From Patescibacteria group bacterium (GTDB lineage: Bacteria > Patescibacteriota > Microgenomatia > Levybacterales > UBA12049): a stretch of 64,000 bases of DNA. Made by a program: the position numbers and the translations under genes. Within the stretch, counting starts at the first letter, position 1, and the number at the start of each line of letters is the position of its first letter. Under the pieces are notes generated by a model. The model had not been told where the DNA came from, made no database searches, and worked only from the letters and a program-made list of their open reading frames with translations. Of the stretch, positions 29,259-37,656 are shown piece by piece. The stretch is taken from positions 43,029-107,028 of the forward strand of contig JBBTTO010000003.1 in assembly GCA_038064195.1 (NCBI GenBank), read 5' to 3'.

Positions 29259-29981
29259 TTAGTTTGCCGGAGCGTTTCCATAGATCTTAACAGGTGTTCC
29301 TGGATTTTCAATTGTGGCTAAGGTGGTGTTGGCAGTTGAGACAGGTGTAGCCCAGTCATAGAGAATCTTTGCATCAGCTACTGAGAGGTTGATACACCCA
29401 TGGCTCATTGGATGACCAAAATTATTATGCCAATATGCACCGTGAATTCCATAGCCTCTTGCTTTGGGGACCTGTGCGTTATAAAAATACATGGTGGAGG
29501 GGACGTTAGGCAGGTCATAGTATGTGCCAAGTAGCTTATTGCCTCCTTTCATACGGGTATAGCTCAGCTTTATCCAGATTGTAAAATCACCGGTTGGTGT
29601 TCGCCCCCATTTGCCGGTAGAAACAGGAAAAGAATACACGACAGTATTATCTTCAAATGCATAGAGATGCTGGTTGGTCAAATCAATTTCAATCCGTTTG
29701 TTAGCTCCCGAGGTCGTGCCAAGGACAGGGACATTTGTCATCTGCGGTGTGTCATAGGATACTACACTTATTTGTCTGCCCAAAAATTCCCCCTTTTGCG
29801 TATCGTGATTATAGCTACCCGAGAGGTCAGAAATGCAACTGATAGAGTTGGCACAGAGGGAGGTTTGCATTTGAGTGAAGAAAGTCAGGAAAAAGAGAGT
29901 AACAGCAGCTATGAGAAAGAGGCGCTTGAGAGGTATTCGGTTAGTAATTCCTGGACGGGAGTTTTTTTTATGTTTTTTCAC
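29259..29981 (-). CDS. L,D-transpeptidase (YkuD domain)
   Basis: Catalytic motif HGAYWHNNFGHPMSHGCINLSVADAKILYDW with the conserved His/Cys, plus an N-terminal TM anchor. Confidence 0.8.
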   Translation of the reverse strand: MKKHKKNSRPGITNRIPLKRLFLIAAVTLFFLTFFTQMQTSLCANSISCISDLSGSYNHDTQKGEFLGRQISVVSYDTPQMTNVPVLGTTSGANKRIEIDLTNQHLYAFEDNTVVYSFPVSTGKWGRTPTGDFTIWIKLSYTRMKGGNKLLGTYYDLPNVPSTMYFYNAQVPKARGYGIHGAYWHNNFGHPMSHGCINLSVADAKILYDWATPVSTANTTLATIENPGTPVKIYGNAPAN

Positions 29982-30029
29982 TCTAAAAAAATCCTGCCAA
30001 GTTCAGTATTTCAACCTGCCTCGTTGCTG

Positions 30030-30626
30030 TCAAGCAGCCGGTTGTTCTTTCCTCGCTAGTGCTACTGTATAGTTGCGGCTTTGGCCTAATTTTTCATAAT
30101 TCCCAAAGACTTCCTCAAACGTTCTTTTAATATATTCTTTGAGTCCTGAGATAGTAACGACATATAGTTTACCACCAGGCTTGAGATGCTCCAGGCTATC
30201 TGCGAGCAAAATATAGTGGAGTTCTTTGCCTGTTTTGGCAGGGAGGTTGGAGATGATGACATCAAATTTTTTGTCCACTGGTACATCGCTGAATCCATTA
30301 CTGAGATAAATTTCAGTGTTTTTAATCTCATTTATCTTGGCATTTTTGCGGGTGTATTGGACTGCAACGAAATCCTTATCGACCAGGTCAGTAATCCCAA
30401 GGGGCGCCAATTTGGCAGCAATGAGGCCTAAGACTCCATACCCACAACCCAGGTCCAGGACATCATCCGTTGGCTTGATTTCCAAGTATTTGAGAAGGAG
30501 GAGTGAGCCCTCATCAATTTCTTTCGGGCTGAAAAGCCCCCAGGTTGTAAAGAGTTTGATCTGCTGTCCGAGGAGGTCAACTCGGATCAGATTATCTTTT
30601 TTGAGCCTGGTGATATCTACACTCAT
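30030..30626 (-). CDS. Class I SAM-dependent methyltransferase (small-domain, RsmC/RlmG-like)
   Basis: Motif I VLDLGCGYGVLG. Motif IV-like DVIISNLPAK. Confidence 0.65.
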   Translation of the reverse strand: MSVDITRLKKDNLIRVDLLGQQIKLFTTWGLFSPKEIDEGSLLLLKYLEIKPTDDVLDLGCGYGVLGLIAAKLAPLGITDLVDKDFVAVQYTRKNAKINEIKNTEIYLSNGFSDVPVDKKFDVIISNLPAKTGKELHYILLADSLEHLKPGGKLYVVTISGLKEYIKRTFEEVFGNYEKLGQSRNYTVALARKEQPAA

Positions 30627-31099
30627 TGATTGAATCCTCCGGCTTTTTCCCAGTTGTTAACTATTTCCAGAGACTCTTTTTCAAGATCGGCCAGAAAAAC
30701 CAGTTCTATCTGACGATTATTTTCCTGATTGATTTTTGTCAGATCGGTCATGCCTTCGTAATACTGTTTTTTGATCATTTCAGGTGTTTTGCGGACTGCA
30801 AAAACAATTCGTGCGATACCTGCCCAATAGGCAACGGAAAAGCACATAGTACATGACTCGATAGATTCATAGAGTGTGATGCCGGTCAGATCTGCCGTGT
30901 GTAATTTAGCACAAGCTGCCCGGACGGCAGCTGTCTCAGCATGGGAGGAGGGGTCATGCTGTATAAATCCTAGACTCACTCCCTCAGATACCACCTCACC
31001 GTCTTTGACCACTACGGCACCGGCCGGGAAGCCACCTTGAGTGACTGATTTCTGCGCCTGGACTATGGCGAGTTTGAGAAAAGTGAAATCTTCCTGCAT
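30623..31099 (-). CDS. CDA-fold nucleoside/tRNA adenosine deaminase (TadA/guanine deaminase-like)
   Basis: Zinc motifs HAETAAV and SCTMCFSVAYWAGI (H-A-E ... P-C-x-x-C pattern). Confidence 0.75.
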   Translation of the reverse strand: MQEDFTFLKLAIVQAQKSVTQGGFPAGAVVVKDGEVVSEGVSLGFIQHDPSSHAETAAVRAACAKLHTADLTGITLYESIESCTMCFSVAYWAGIARIVFAVRKTPEMIKKQYYEGMTDLTKINQENNRQIELVFLADLEKESLEIVNNWEKAGGFNQ

Positions 31100-31179
31100 G
31101 TAAACAGATTATATCATTCCTGCAAGGGAGGAGCGTTGAGAGGTGTACTTATCGGCTTAAGCGCAGTATAATCGGGACA

Positions 31180-32634
31180 ATGGAGAAAGCTGTCAGCCCC
31201 GATTTGATCGGGGTCTGGGATCTCAAATCTCAGTTTGAAAAGTATAAAGATCAGGAAGTCTTTGACTGCATGATCGCCGAGTTCTTGCTATGTGACGGGC
31301 GGTATATCCCTCAAGAAGAAAAAGCTTTAGAAGATTACAAAGTTACAAGTTTAGAAGATCTTGCAAAGAAGCAAAGAGAACGCTTCGAAGAACTGCCAAA
31401 GCTCGAAAAGCTCTATTACGACATTGAACTGCCGTTAGCACGGGTCCTGGCGCAGATGGAGCGGACGGGTATTACCCTTGATACCAAAACCTTACGCCTG
31501 GTGGGCGAGGAAATCGCTCAAGCAATTGTCGTAACTGAAGCAAAGATCAAAAAAGAAATGGGGGTTGATATCAATCTCAATTCCAGTATCCAGGTTGGGA
31601 ATTACTTGGCTGAAAAAGCCGGAGTTCCCTTAAGTAAAACCAAGACCGGACGCTACGCGACTAACGAGCAGGAAATCGCGAAATTTGCAGCGGATTTTCC
31701 TATCGTTGCCGACCTCTTGGTCTATCGTGAGTTATCGAAGCTGAGGTCTACCTATGTCGAAAGTCTGGTCGACAAAGTTGACGCGGAAGGCAGAGTCCAT
31801 ACCAGTTACAACCAGGTCGCAGTCAGTACAGGCAGGCTATCATCCTCAAATCCCAATCTGCAGAATATCCCGGTAACAGGTGAGTTCGGGCAAAAAATTA
31901 AATCATGCTTTATCGCCGGTAAAAATAACGTCTTTCTCTCGTTTGACTACTCCCAGCAGGAGCTACGGATTCTTGCCCATCTGACAGGAGAGGAGAAGTT
32001 GATACAGGCATTTAAGGAGTCCCGTGATGTGCATAAGACGACAGGGAGTTTGCTTTTTAATGTTGATTATGCGGATGTCACTAAAGACCAGCGGTCTGTT
32101 GCCAAGACGATCAATTTCGGCATCATCTATGGTATGAGCAGTTTTGGAATGAGCCAAGGGCTCACTATCCCAGTCGATGAGGCGCAGAAGTTTATCAATA
32201 CTTTTTATGAGACCTATCCCAAGATCCGCAGTTTTTATGATAATTACATGCAGCAGGGGAAAATTGACGGCTATGTCGAGACATTACTCGGGAGACGACG
32301 TTATGTCTTTGAATATCCGGGTCAGAAATTTATCGACAACGGTATGCGTCGGGTACTCATGAACTATCCGATCCAGGGGACAGCTGCAGACTTGATGAAA
32401 AAAGCGATGGTGGAGATTGATCGTGAAGTTTTAGCCAAAGAAAAAGATGTCAAACTTTTACTTCAGATTCATGATGACCTGGTCTTTGAGGTATCAAATG
32501 ATCCTTTGGTTTACAAAAATATAATTGAGAAGATCAGAAAAATCATGTGTGATGTCTATCCACTTTCAGTCCCAATTGAGGTTGATGTAAAGATAGGTAA
32601 GAACTGGGGAGAGATGGAGAAAGTCGAAGTTTAG
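31180..32634 (+). CDS. polA: DNA polymerase I family polymerase domain only (no 5'-3' exonuclease, vestigial 3'-5' exo region)
   Basis: Family-A motifs: RRVLMNYPIQGTAADLMKKAM (motif B) and LLQIHDDLVFEV (motif C). Only 484 aa. Confidence 0.85.
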   Translation: MEKAVSPDLIGVWDLKSQFEKYKDQEVFDCMIAEFLLCDGRYIPQEEKALEDYKVTSLEDLAKKQRERFEELPKLEKLYYDIELPLARVLAQMERTGITLDTKTLRLVGEEIAQAIVVTEAKIKKEMGVDINLNSSIQVGNYLAEKAGVPLSKTKTGRYATNEQEIAKFAADFPIVADLLVYRELSKLRSTYVESLVDKVDAEGRVHTSYNQVAVSTGRLSSSNPNLQNIPVTGEFGQKIKSCFIAGKNNVFLSFDYSQQELRILAHLTGEEKLIQAFKESRDVHKTTGSLLFNVDYADVTKDQRSVAKTINFGIIYGMSSFGMSQGLTIPVDEAQKFINTFYETYPKIRSFYDNYMQQGKIDGYVETLLGRRRYVFEYPGQKFIDNGMRRVLMNYPIQGTAADLMKKAMVEIDREVLAKEKDVKLLLQIHDDLVFEVSNDPLVYKNIIEKIRKIMCDVYPLSVPIEVDVKIGKNWGEMEKVEV

Positions 32635-32755
32635 TTCCCCTGAATCCTTCATGATGATATAATCTCCGCAATAAGAAGCCAGTTGATTTTGCTCACTGTA
32701 GTTTTTTATTGAACTTTAATAAGCCAACGTGTAGGTATCACTTTGTCCATATATT

Positions 32756-33604
32756 ATGGACAGGATGATGCCTATACGATCGTGTATACGGCAAAGTATA
32801 GAGGAGGAAGTTCGGATGACAGCGTCTCCATTTTCACCGCTCTATGACCTCGTGACGGGGGGAACACGTGGTGCCGGTCGCGAGACCGTCCTCGCGCTTG
32901 TCCGGGCAGGTCGTCCGGGCGTGATGTTTCTCTATCGACAGAAGGAGGGGCGGGCACAAGAGCTCGTGAAAGAGGCCAGGGAAATCAACCCTGATATCGA
33001 TATTGTCGCCATCAAGTGCGACATTACCGATTCTTCCCAGATCACTCAGATCGTAGCAGAGCTCAACGCGCGTAAGGCCTATCTAAGTAGCCTTTTCTTG
33101 GTCGCCTCCGGCGGCCTGGAACGAGGTATGTCCGAAGACTACCCGATGCTCATGAATAAGGATGCCCAGCTAGCGGTCGTGAACGCGTGCTGGAAGCTGT
33201 TCGCCTTCGGCGCGAGGGTTATCTACGACACTTCGCACTGGGCGCACAGGTTCGGTGAAGTCGAACAGTTGCCCGACTACGAGCCAATCGCGTCATCCAA
33301 GAACGCGGGCGAGAGGTCTCTCCTGAAGCTCATTCCGACTCTTGAGAGACTTGATCAACGCAATGTCAAGTTCGTCATCGTCACCGGCGATATGCTGGTA
33401 GACTCGATGGTCGTGAGGTTGATGGAGCGGAAAAGCCCTGGCATTATCTCAGCGCGTCTTAAAGCGGCGGGTGTTGAAGAGCTTCCAACATATCTCACGT
33501 TCGGACAGAAGAACGTCGATGTCCTCCTCGATCAGGATATCAGGAACGGCGACGTCATTGTCGTTGGAGGAGCTCTCGAAACGCTGACGCCGCTTCAGGC
33601 GTAG
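32756..33604 (+). CDS. SDR-like oxidoreductase in a GC-rich patch; likely start MTASPF at about 32816
   Basis: Rossmann motif VTGGTRGAGRETVLAL and a Y..ASSK region. Local GC is clearly higher than its surroundings. Confidence 0.45.
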   Translation: MDRMMPIRSCIRQSIEEEVRMTASPFSPLYDLVTGGTRGAGRETVLALVRAGRPGVMFLYRQKEGRAQELVKEAREINPDIDIVAIKCDITDSSQITQIVAELNARKAYLSSLFLVASGGLERGMSEDYPMLMNKDAQLAVVNACWKLFAFGARVIYDTSHWAHRFGEVEQLPDYEPIASSKNAGERSLLKLIPTLERLDQRNVKFVIVTGDMLVDSMVVRLMERKSPGIISARLKAAGVEELPTYLTFGQKNVDVLLDQDIRNGDVIVVGGALETLTPLQA

Positions 33605-33630
33605 TCACACGATTTAACGTTGGCGATTTG

Positions 33631-33668
33631 GGGGCCCCTCACAAAGGGGCCCCTCGTCATTTTGAAAA
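33631..33668 (+). terminator. Hairpin GGGGCCCCT-cacaa-AGGGGCCCC followed by a T-rich tract
   Basis: Seen directly downstream of the SDR gene. The stem is itself palindromic, so it may serve both convergent genes. Confidence 0.4.
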
Positions 33669-33696
33669 TTAAGAGTTAAAAATTGCCCGGAGCTGT

Positions 33697-34335
33697 TTAT
33701 TGGAGAGTGACGTGAATTTTTGACTGAACGAGATTGGCTGTAGATTGTAACTGTGTCTTCATCTGGACTTGGTAGAGTTTGGTACCGGTATCATAACTTA
33801 CAGCAGGGGAGGTAAGATAGGCTGATGGTCCGCCAGCCATCGTGACTTCGGAGTACCAGACCGGGTGTTTGTCTGTGACGTTATACAGGCGCACTGACAC
33901 AGATTGATTGGCCGTCGGGACATAGACTGAGGCTTCAAAATGAACTTCTTTTATGCGATTGTATGATCCGAAATCAAGCGATGTCACTACACCCGGGACA
34001 TCTGTCCAGTCGCTTGCTGTACTTGAACCTGAGCCAAGGGGGATAAAATACTCCTTGACTCCTGCGGGCGTGGATGTGGTTTTGGTCAAGGGAGCGGTTG
34101 TCGGTAAGGGTGTGGGAGAAAGTAGTGGTGTTGGGGTGTTAGACTCAATCTGAGTAATTTGCGTCTGAGATGATTGTTGGGGGGCTTGTTGTTGCAGAAT
34201 ATAAAGGCTTAAATAAACCGTGCTTATAATAAGCAGAATGATAAGTATTCCCTCAAAACTGAGGGCAAATTTGACCCAGTTCTCATCTTTTTGCAATCGG
34301 GTTTGTAATCTGTCATTAAGATTATTGATTAACAT
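33697..34335 (-). CDS. Signal-anchored hypothetical protein with a Pro/Thr-rich linker
   Basis: TM helix ILIILLIISTVYLSLYIL, a PTPLLSPTPLPTTAPLT linker and a beta-rich C-terminal domain. Confidence 0.4.
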   Translation of the reverse strand: MLINNLNDRLQTRLQKDENWVKFALSFEGILIILLIISTVYLSLYILQQQAPQQSSQTQITQIESNTPTPLLSPTPLPTTAPLTKTTSTPAGVKEYFIPLGSGSSTASDWTDVPGVVTSLDFGSYNRIKEVHFEASVYVPTANQSVSVRLYNVTDKHPVWYSEVTMAGGPSAYLTSPAVSYDTGTKLYQVQMKTQLQSTANLVQSKIHVTLQ

Positions 34336-34418
34336 AGTTTTAGCGTAGAGGAGACTGAGTTAAAAGTAAAGCCGAAGTAGGCAAGGGGGGAACAAGAAAG
34401 CTGATAGAATAATAATGT

Positions 34419-35462
34419 ATGAGAAATACTATTCTTGGGTTTATTGTGGGTATCCTTGTTGCGATAACAACCGGCTTATTGTTATTTTACTTCAACGGTT
34501 CTCAGTCTGTAATTAGCCCGATCGCTCCACTTATACCTAAGCCATTGTTAGCCTATACTTTCCAAAATCTTAAAAAAGGTGTCTTTCCACCCTCAGAAAT
34601 AGTTTTGGGAGAAAAAGTTAGTGAGGATAGTACTTCAATCCAACAAATCTTTTACTTCCAAGTGCCTGTGACTCCCAATTCGACAAAAATGAAGCGGGTA
34701 AGTGGTCTTGCTAATATCCCCAAAGCCGAAGGTAACTATCCGGTCATAATTATGTTTCGTGGTTTTGTCCCCAATGATATATACAAGCCGGGTGTAGGTA
34801 CTCAGCCATCAGCACAAGTCTTTGTCCATAACGGTTTTATCACCCTTGCGCCTGATTTTTTGGGATACGGCCAGTCAGCAAGCGGCTCGGCTGATGGCTT
34901 CGAGAATCGCTTTCAGACCTATACAACTGCTTTGACACTACTCTCATCTCTTGCAAAGCTCAATACAGGGTTGTCCTCTGAGTATTCGGGTACGATCTCA
35001 GCCGACATGACGAAAATCGGTATCTGGGGACATAGTAATGGTGGGCATGTCGCACTCTCAGTGCTTGCTCTCAGCGGTGTTACGTATCCTACAGTCCTGT
35101 GGGCACCGGTCTCAAAGTCGTTCCCTTATTCGATTCTTTATTACACTGATGAAAGTGATGATCAGGGCAAAGCTCTGCGTAAGGCTCTGGGAAGCTTTGA
35201 AGCAATCTATAACACTGATGATTTTTCACCTGAGAGGTATTATAAGTGGATCAAAGCCCCTCTTGAGATCAATCAAGGGACAGCTGATCAGGAAGTGCCG
35301 TATTGGTGGTCTGAGGATTTGGTAGCAACGCTTACAAAACAGGGCACAGATGTGACCTATCTGAGTTATCCCGGTGCGGATCACAATATGCGACCGACAG
35401 GGTCATGGGATGAAGCGGTACAAGCCAGCCTGACGTTCTACCAAAAATATTTTTCTCAATAA
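34419..35462 (+). CDS. Alpha/beta hydrolase (dienelactone hydrolase/S9-like), membrane-anchored
   Basis: Nucleophile elbow IGIWGHSNGGHVAL (GxSxG), with downstream acidic and His residues. N-terminal TM helix. Confidence 0.6.
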   Translation: MRNTILGFIVGILVAITTGLLLFYFNGSQSVISPIAPLIPKPLLAYTFQNLKKGVFPPSEIVLGEKVSEDSTSIQQIFYFQVPVTPNSTKMKRVSGLANIPKAEGNYPVIIMFRGFVPNDIYKPGVGTQPSAQVFVHNGFITLAPDFLGYGQSASGSADGFENRFQTYTTALTLLSSLAKLNTGLSSEYSGTISADMTKIGIWGHSNGGHVALSVLALSGVTYPTVLWAPVSKSFPYSILYYTDESDDQGKALRKALGSFEAIYNTDDFSPERYYKWIKAPLEINQGTADQEVPYWWSEDLVATLTKQGTDVTYLSYPGADHNMRPTGSWDEAVQASLTFYQKYFSQ

Positions 35463-35540
35463 TTGTTTGCAGGGCTCTACGGATCGAGGGGTTGCTCGTA
35501 TACTAGCTTCTTTGGTACAATGATGCGTACCTAATATCGT

Positions 35541-35613
35541 GCCGACTTAGCTCAGCGGTAGAGCAGTTGTTTTGTAAACATCAGGTCGTCGGTTCAAATC
35601 CGACAGTCGGCTC
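35541..35613 (+). tRNA. tRNA-Thr (anticodon UGU)
   Basis: Hand-folded: acceptor GCCGACT/AGTCGGC, D arm GCTC..GAGC, anticodon loop TTTGTAA, T arm GTCGG-TTCAAAT-CCGAC. Confidence 0.8.
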
Positions 35614-35617
35614 CCAG

Positions 35618-35704
35618 GCTGGGTTGGCAGAGTAGCAATCGCATCTGGCTGTAGACCAGACGTCCGAAAGGGCTCCGGGGGTGCAATTCCCTCACCCAGC
35701 ACCA
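35618..35704 (+). tRNA. tRNA-Tyr (anticodon GUA), long variable arm, CCA encoded
   Basis: Acceptor GCTGGGT/ACCCAGC, anticodon stem TCTGG/CCAGA with loop CTGTAGA, a long variable arm, and 3' ACCA. Confidence 0.7.
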
Positions 35705-35724
35705 AACGTTTTGAGCCGGTGTAG

Positions 35725-35797
35725 GCCCAAATGGCTCAGTGGTAGAGCGAGTTCTTGGTAAGAACTAGGTCGCGAGTCCGATTCTCGCTTTGGGCTC
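35725..35797 (+). tRNA. tRNA-Thr (anticodon GGU)
   Basis: Acceptor GCCCAAA/TTTGGGC, D arm GCTC-AGTGGTA-GAGC, anticodon arm AGTTC-TTGGTAA-GAACT, T arm GCGAG-TCCGATT-CTCGC. Confidence 0.8.
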
Positions 35798-35799
35798 AA

Positions 35800-35925
35800 A
35801 AATGTGGGTCAGTGGAGCGGACCGAACAAAGTGAAGGAGCTCGCCTGCTTGACAGGGCGGAATGAGCAAGTTCATGAATAAGAACTAGGTCACGGGTCCG
35901 ATTCCCGTCTTCGGCTCAAAGCTAT
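35800..35925 (+). pseudogene. tRNA-like element: a D-arm-like segment plus a copy of the tRNA-Thr(GGU) 3' half with compensatory T-stem changes and an 8-nt anticodon loop; no pairing acceptor 5' strand
   Basis: GGTC-AGTGGAGCG-GACC (D-like), then a 45-nt spacer, then AGTTC-ATGAATAA-GAACT-AGGTC-ACGGG-TCCGATT-CCCGT-CTTCGGC-TCA. Compare with the upstream tRNA-Thr. Confidence 0.3.
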
Positions 35926-35975
35926 TTTATTTCTGCCTCAAATACTGTATAATATCTCTCTAGAGGAAAATTTGT

Positions 35976-36152
35976 ATGCCAAAAAAAGGTGAACATAGAA
36001 TTATTATTGGACTCGTCTGTTCGGTTTGCAAAAACCGCAATTACGTCTCACAAAAAAATAAGCTTGAGACGCCTGACAAGTTGAAATTTAACAAATTCTG
36101 CAAGCATTGCCGTAAAGTAACTGAGCACAAAGAGTCTGAAAAATTGAAGTAA
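35976..36152 (+). CDS. rpmG: Ribosomal protein L33
   Basis: MPKKGEHRIIIGLVCSVCKNRNYVSQKNKLETPDKLKFNKFCKHCRKVTEHKESEKLK: a CxxC...CxxC zinc ribbon plus the L33 pattern. An SD (AGAGGA) and an extended -10 (TGTATAAT) lie upstream. It is below the ORF-track size cutoff. Confidence 0.8.
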   Translation: MPKKGEHRIIIGLVCSVCKNRNYVSQKNKLETPDKLKFNKFCKHCRKVTEHKESEKLK

Positions 36153-36298
36153 AACTTCAATTTATGTTTAGGGCATAGAGTACCCCAAGGGTACTAGCTA
36201 CACAGTAGCGGCGCACGCGCATAGAGTTAATGGTAACCTATGTGCTTTTTTTGTATAATGAACCCTACGCGCTAAGCTCTTTGCGCTTAGCTATACCT

Positions 36299-36371
36299 AG
36301 GGGTGTAGTGAAATGGTTATCACAGCAATCTCCAAAATTGCTTTTCACGGTTCGAGTCCGTGCGCCCCTGC
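36299..36371 (+). tRNA. tRNA-Trp (anticodon CCA)
   Basis: Acceptor AGGGGTG/CGCCCCT, D arm GTGA-AATGGTTA-TCAC, anticodon arm GCAAT-CTCCAAA-ATTGC, T arm CACGG-TTCGAGT-CCGTG. Preceded by an extended -10 TGTATAAT. Confidence 0.8.
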
Positions 36372-36381
36372 AAAGAAGAAA

Positions 36382-36408
36382 AACCAGACACTTGTCTGGT
36401 TTTTTAAT
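36382..36408 (+). terminator. Rho-independent terminator (CCAGACA-ctt-GTCTGG plus TTTTTT) after tRNA-Trp
   Basis: Seen directly. Confidence 0.6.
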
Positions 36409-36728
36409 AAATTCTACTCTTTGAATACCGAGCGAACGGTTGCTCATTTTTCTCGAAGGTTAAATTAGGGAGGCTATCTTTATTTTTTCAAATAAAGAAA
36501 ACCGCCTTGTTTCCGCCTCACCAACTGGTGAAGGCGAGATACCTCAATTAAATGGTTTGTAGAAAAAATTAAACGCAACCAACTCAAGTATCAAAGAGCT
36601 GCCACAGTATATGTTTGAAGTCTTGATGTGTCAAGGTATATAGTCTTTCTAGTCAGGTCCCGATAGTAGTTTCTATACGGGATTCCGAATAAATAGAATA
36701 CATCGGGAAAAAAGGTGGAAATTAAGAC

Positions 36729-37376
36729 CTAGAGACCAAGAATCCGGAGGCTGAAATTAAAAATAGTACTGACAAATGTCATAAGTGAGAAGCTGCCGAT
36801 TGGGAAAGCTAAGAGTAGAAGAAGGATAATGGCCCCGAAAGAGCTGAGCGAGAGATAACTATCGGCAAGCTTCTCAGGCAGAATGAGCGCAAAAATCTTC
36901 GATCCATCCAGAGGAGGGATAGGCAGGAGATTAAAAATTGCTAAGGAAAGATTGACTTTGATTACTAAAAGCAGAAAAACATTGAGAAAAATAAGAAAAA
37001 GATTGGTTGAATTAAGTCCGACAAATTTAAAAAGAGCGGTGGCGATGAGGGCAAGCGCGATATTGGTCGCGGGGCCTGCCAGTGAGACGAGTGCCATATC
37101 TTTTCTGCCGTCTTTAAGGTTATAGGGGTCAACAGGTACAGGTTTGGCTCCGCCGAAAATGATCCCCGTATGCGAAAGAATAAGCAGAAGGGGGAGAATA
37201 ATTGTCAGAAATAAGTCAATATGGGGAAGGGGATTGAGGGTTAATCTGCCTAGTAAGCGAGCAGTCGGATCACCGAGTCTTTCAGCTACATAACCGTGCG
37301 CAATCTCGTGTAATATGGCTGAAAAGACAAGAACGACTAGAACAATAAGAAAAACCGGATTTAATAATGAGTCCAT
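36729..37376 (-). CDS. M50 (site-2 protease family) zinc metalloprotease
   Basis: HExxH in a TM helix (ILHEIAHGYVAERLGD). Polytopic membrane protein, 215 aa. Confidence 0.75.
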   Translation of the reverse strand: MDSLLNPVFLIVLVVLVFSAILHEIAHGYVAERLGDPTARLLGRLTLNPLPHIDLFLTIILPLLLILSHTGIIFGGAKPVPVDPYNLKDGRKDMALVSLAGPATNIALALIATALFKFVGLNSTNLFLIFLNVFLLLVIKVNLSLAIFNLLPIPPLDGSKIFALILPEKLADSYLSLSSFGAIILLLLLAFPIGSFSLMTFVSTIFNFSLRILGL

Positions 37377-37431
37377 AATCTTGTAATTATACTCATTTTC
37401 TAGTATACTAGCAATTCAAGAAAGGTTATTT

Positions 37432-37656
37432 ATGGCACTCCATTGCGCATCATGTTCTAAAGGTATCCAGTACGGACACAACGTCTCCCACTCAAAGAGG
37501 CGAACTGCTCGTGTGTTCAAACCCAACTTACAGAGTGCACGAGTTACTGTAGACGGTACGACTAAGCGTGTTAAGCTTTGCACAAAGTGTCTGCGCATGT
37601 ATAAGCGGGTAGCTGAGGCTGCTATTGAGGCAAAAGTCGCTCAAGCAACTGCTTAA
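37432..37656 (+). CDS. rpmB: Ribosomal protein L28
   Basis: CASCSKGIQYGHNVSHSKRRTARVFKPNLQSARV matches the L28 signature. Confidence 0.8.
   Translation: MALHCASCSKGIQYGHNVSHSKRRTARVFKPNLQSARVTVDGTTKRVKLCTKCLRMYKRVAEAAIEAKVAQATA

Noticed and set aside
35800-35925. Considered calling the element after tRNA-Thr(GGU) as the expected tRNA-Gly
   Set aside because: The anticodon stem and loop derive from tRNA-Thr. The loop is 8 nt. No 5' acceptor strand pairs with the 3' end. No Gly anticodon (NCC) is in loop position.
36420-36728. Possible SRP/tmRNA/RNase P RNA in the spacer between tRNA-Trp and the M50 protease gene
   Set aside because: Hallmark motifs were looked for: SRP GGAAGCAGCC-like, the tmRNA tRNA-like 5' end, and the RNase P AGGAAAGTCCGGGCTCC core. 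None was found. Only weak AT-rich hairpins are present.
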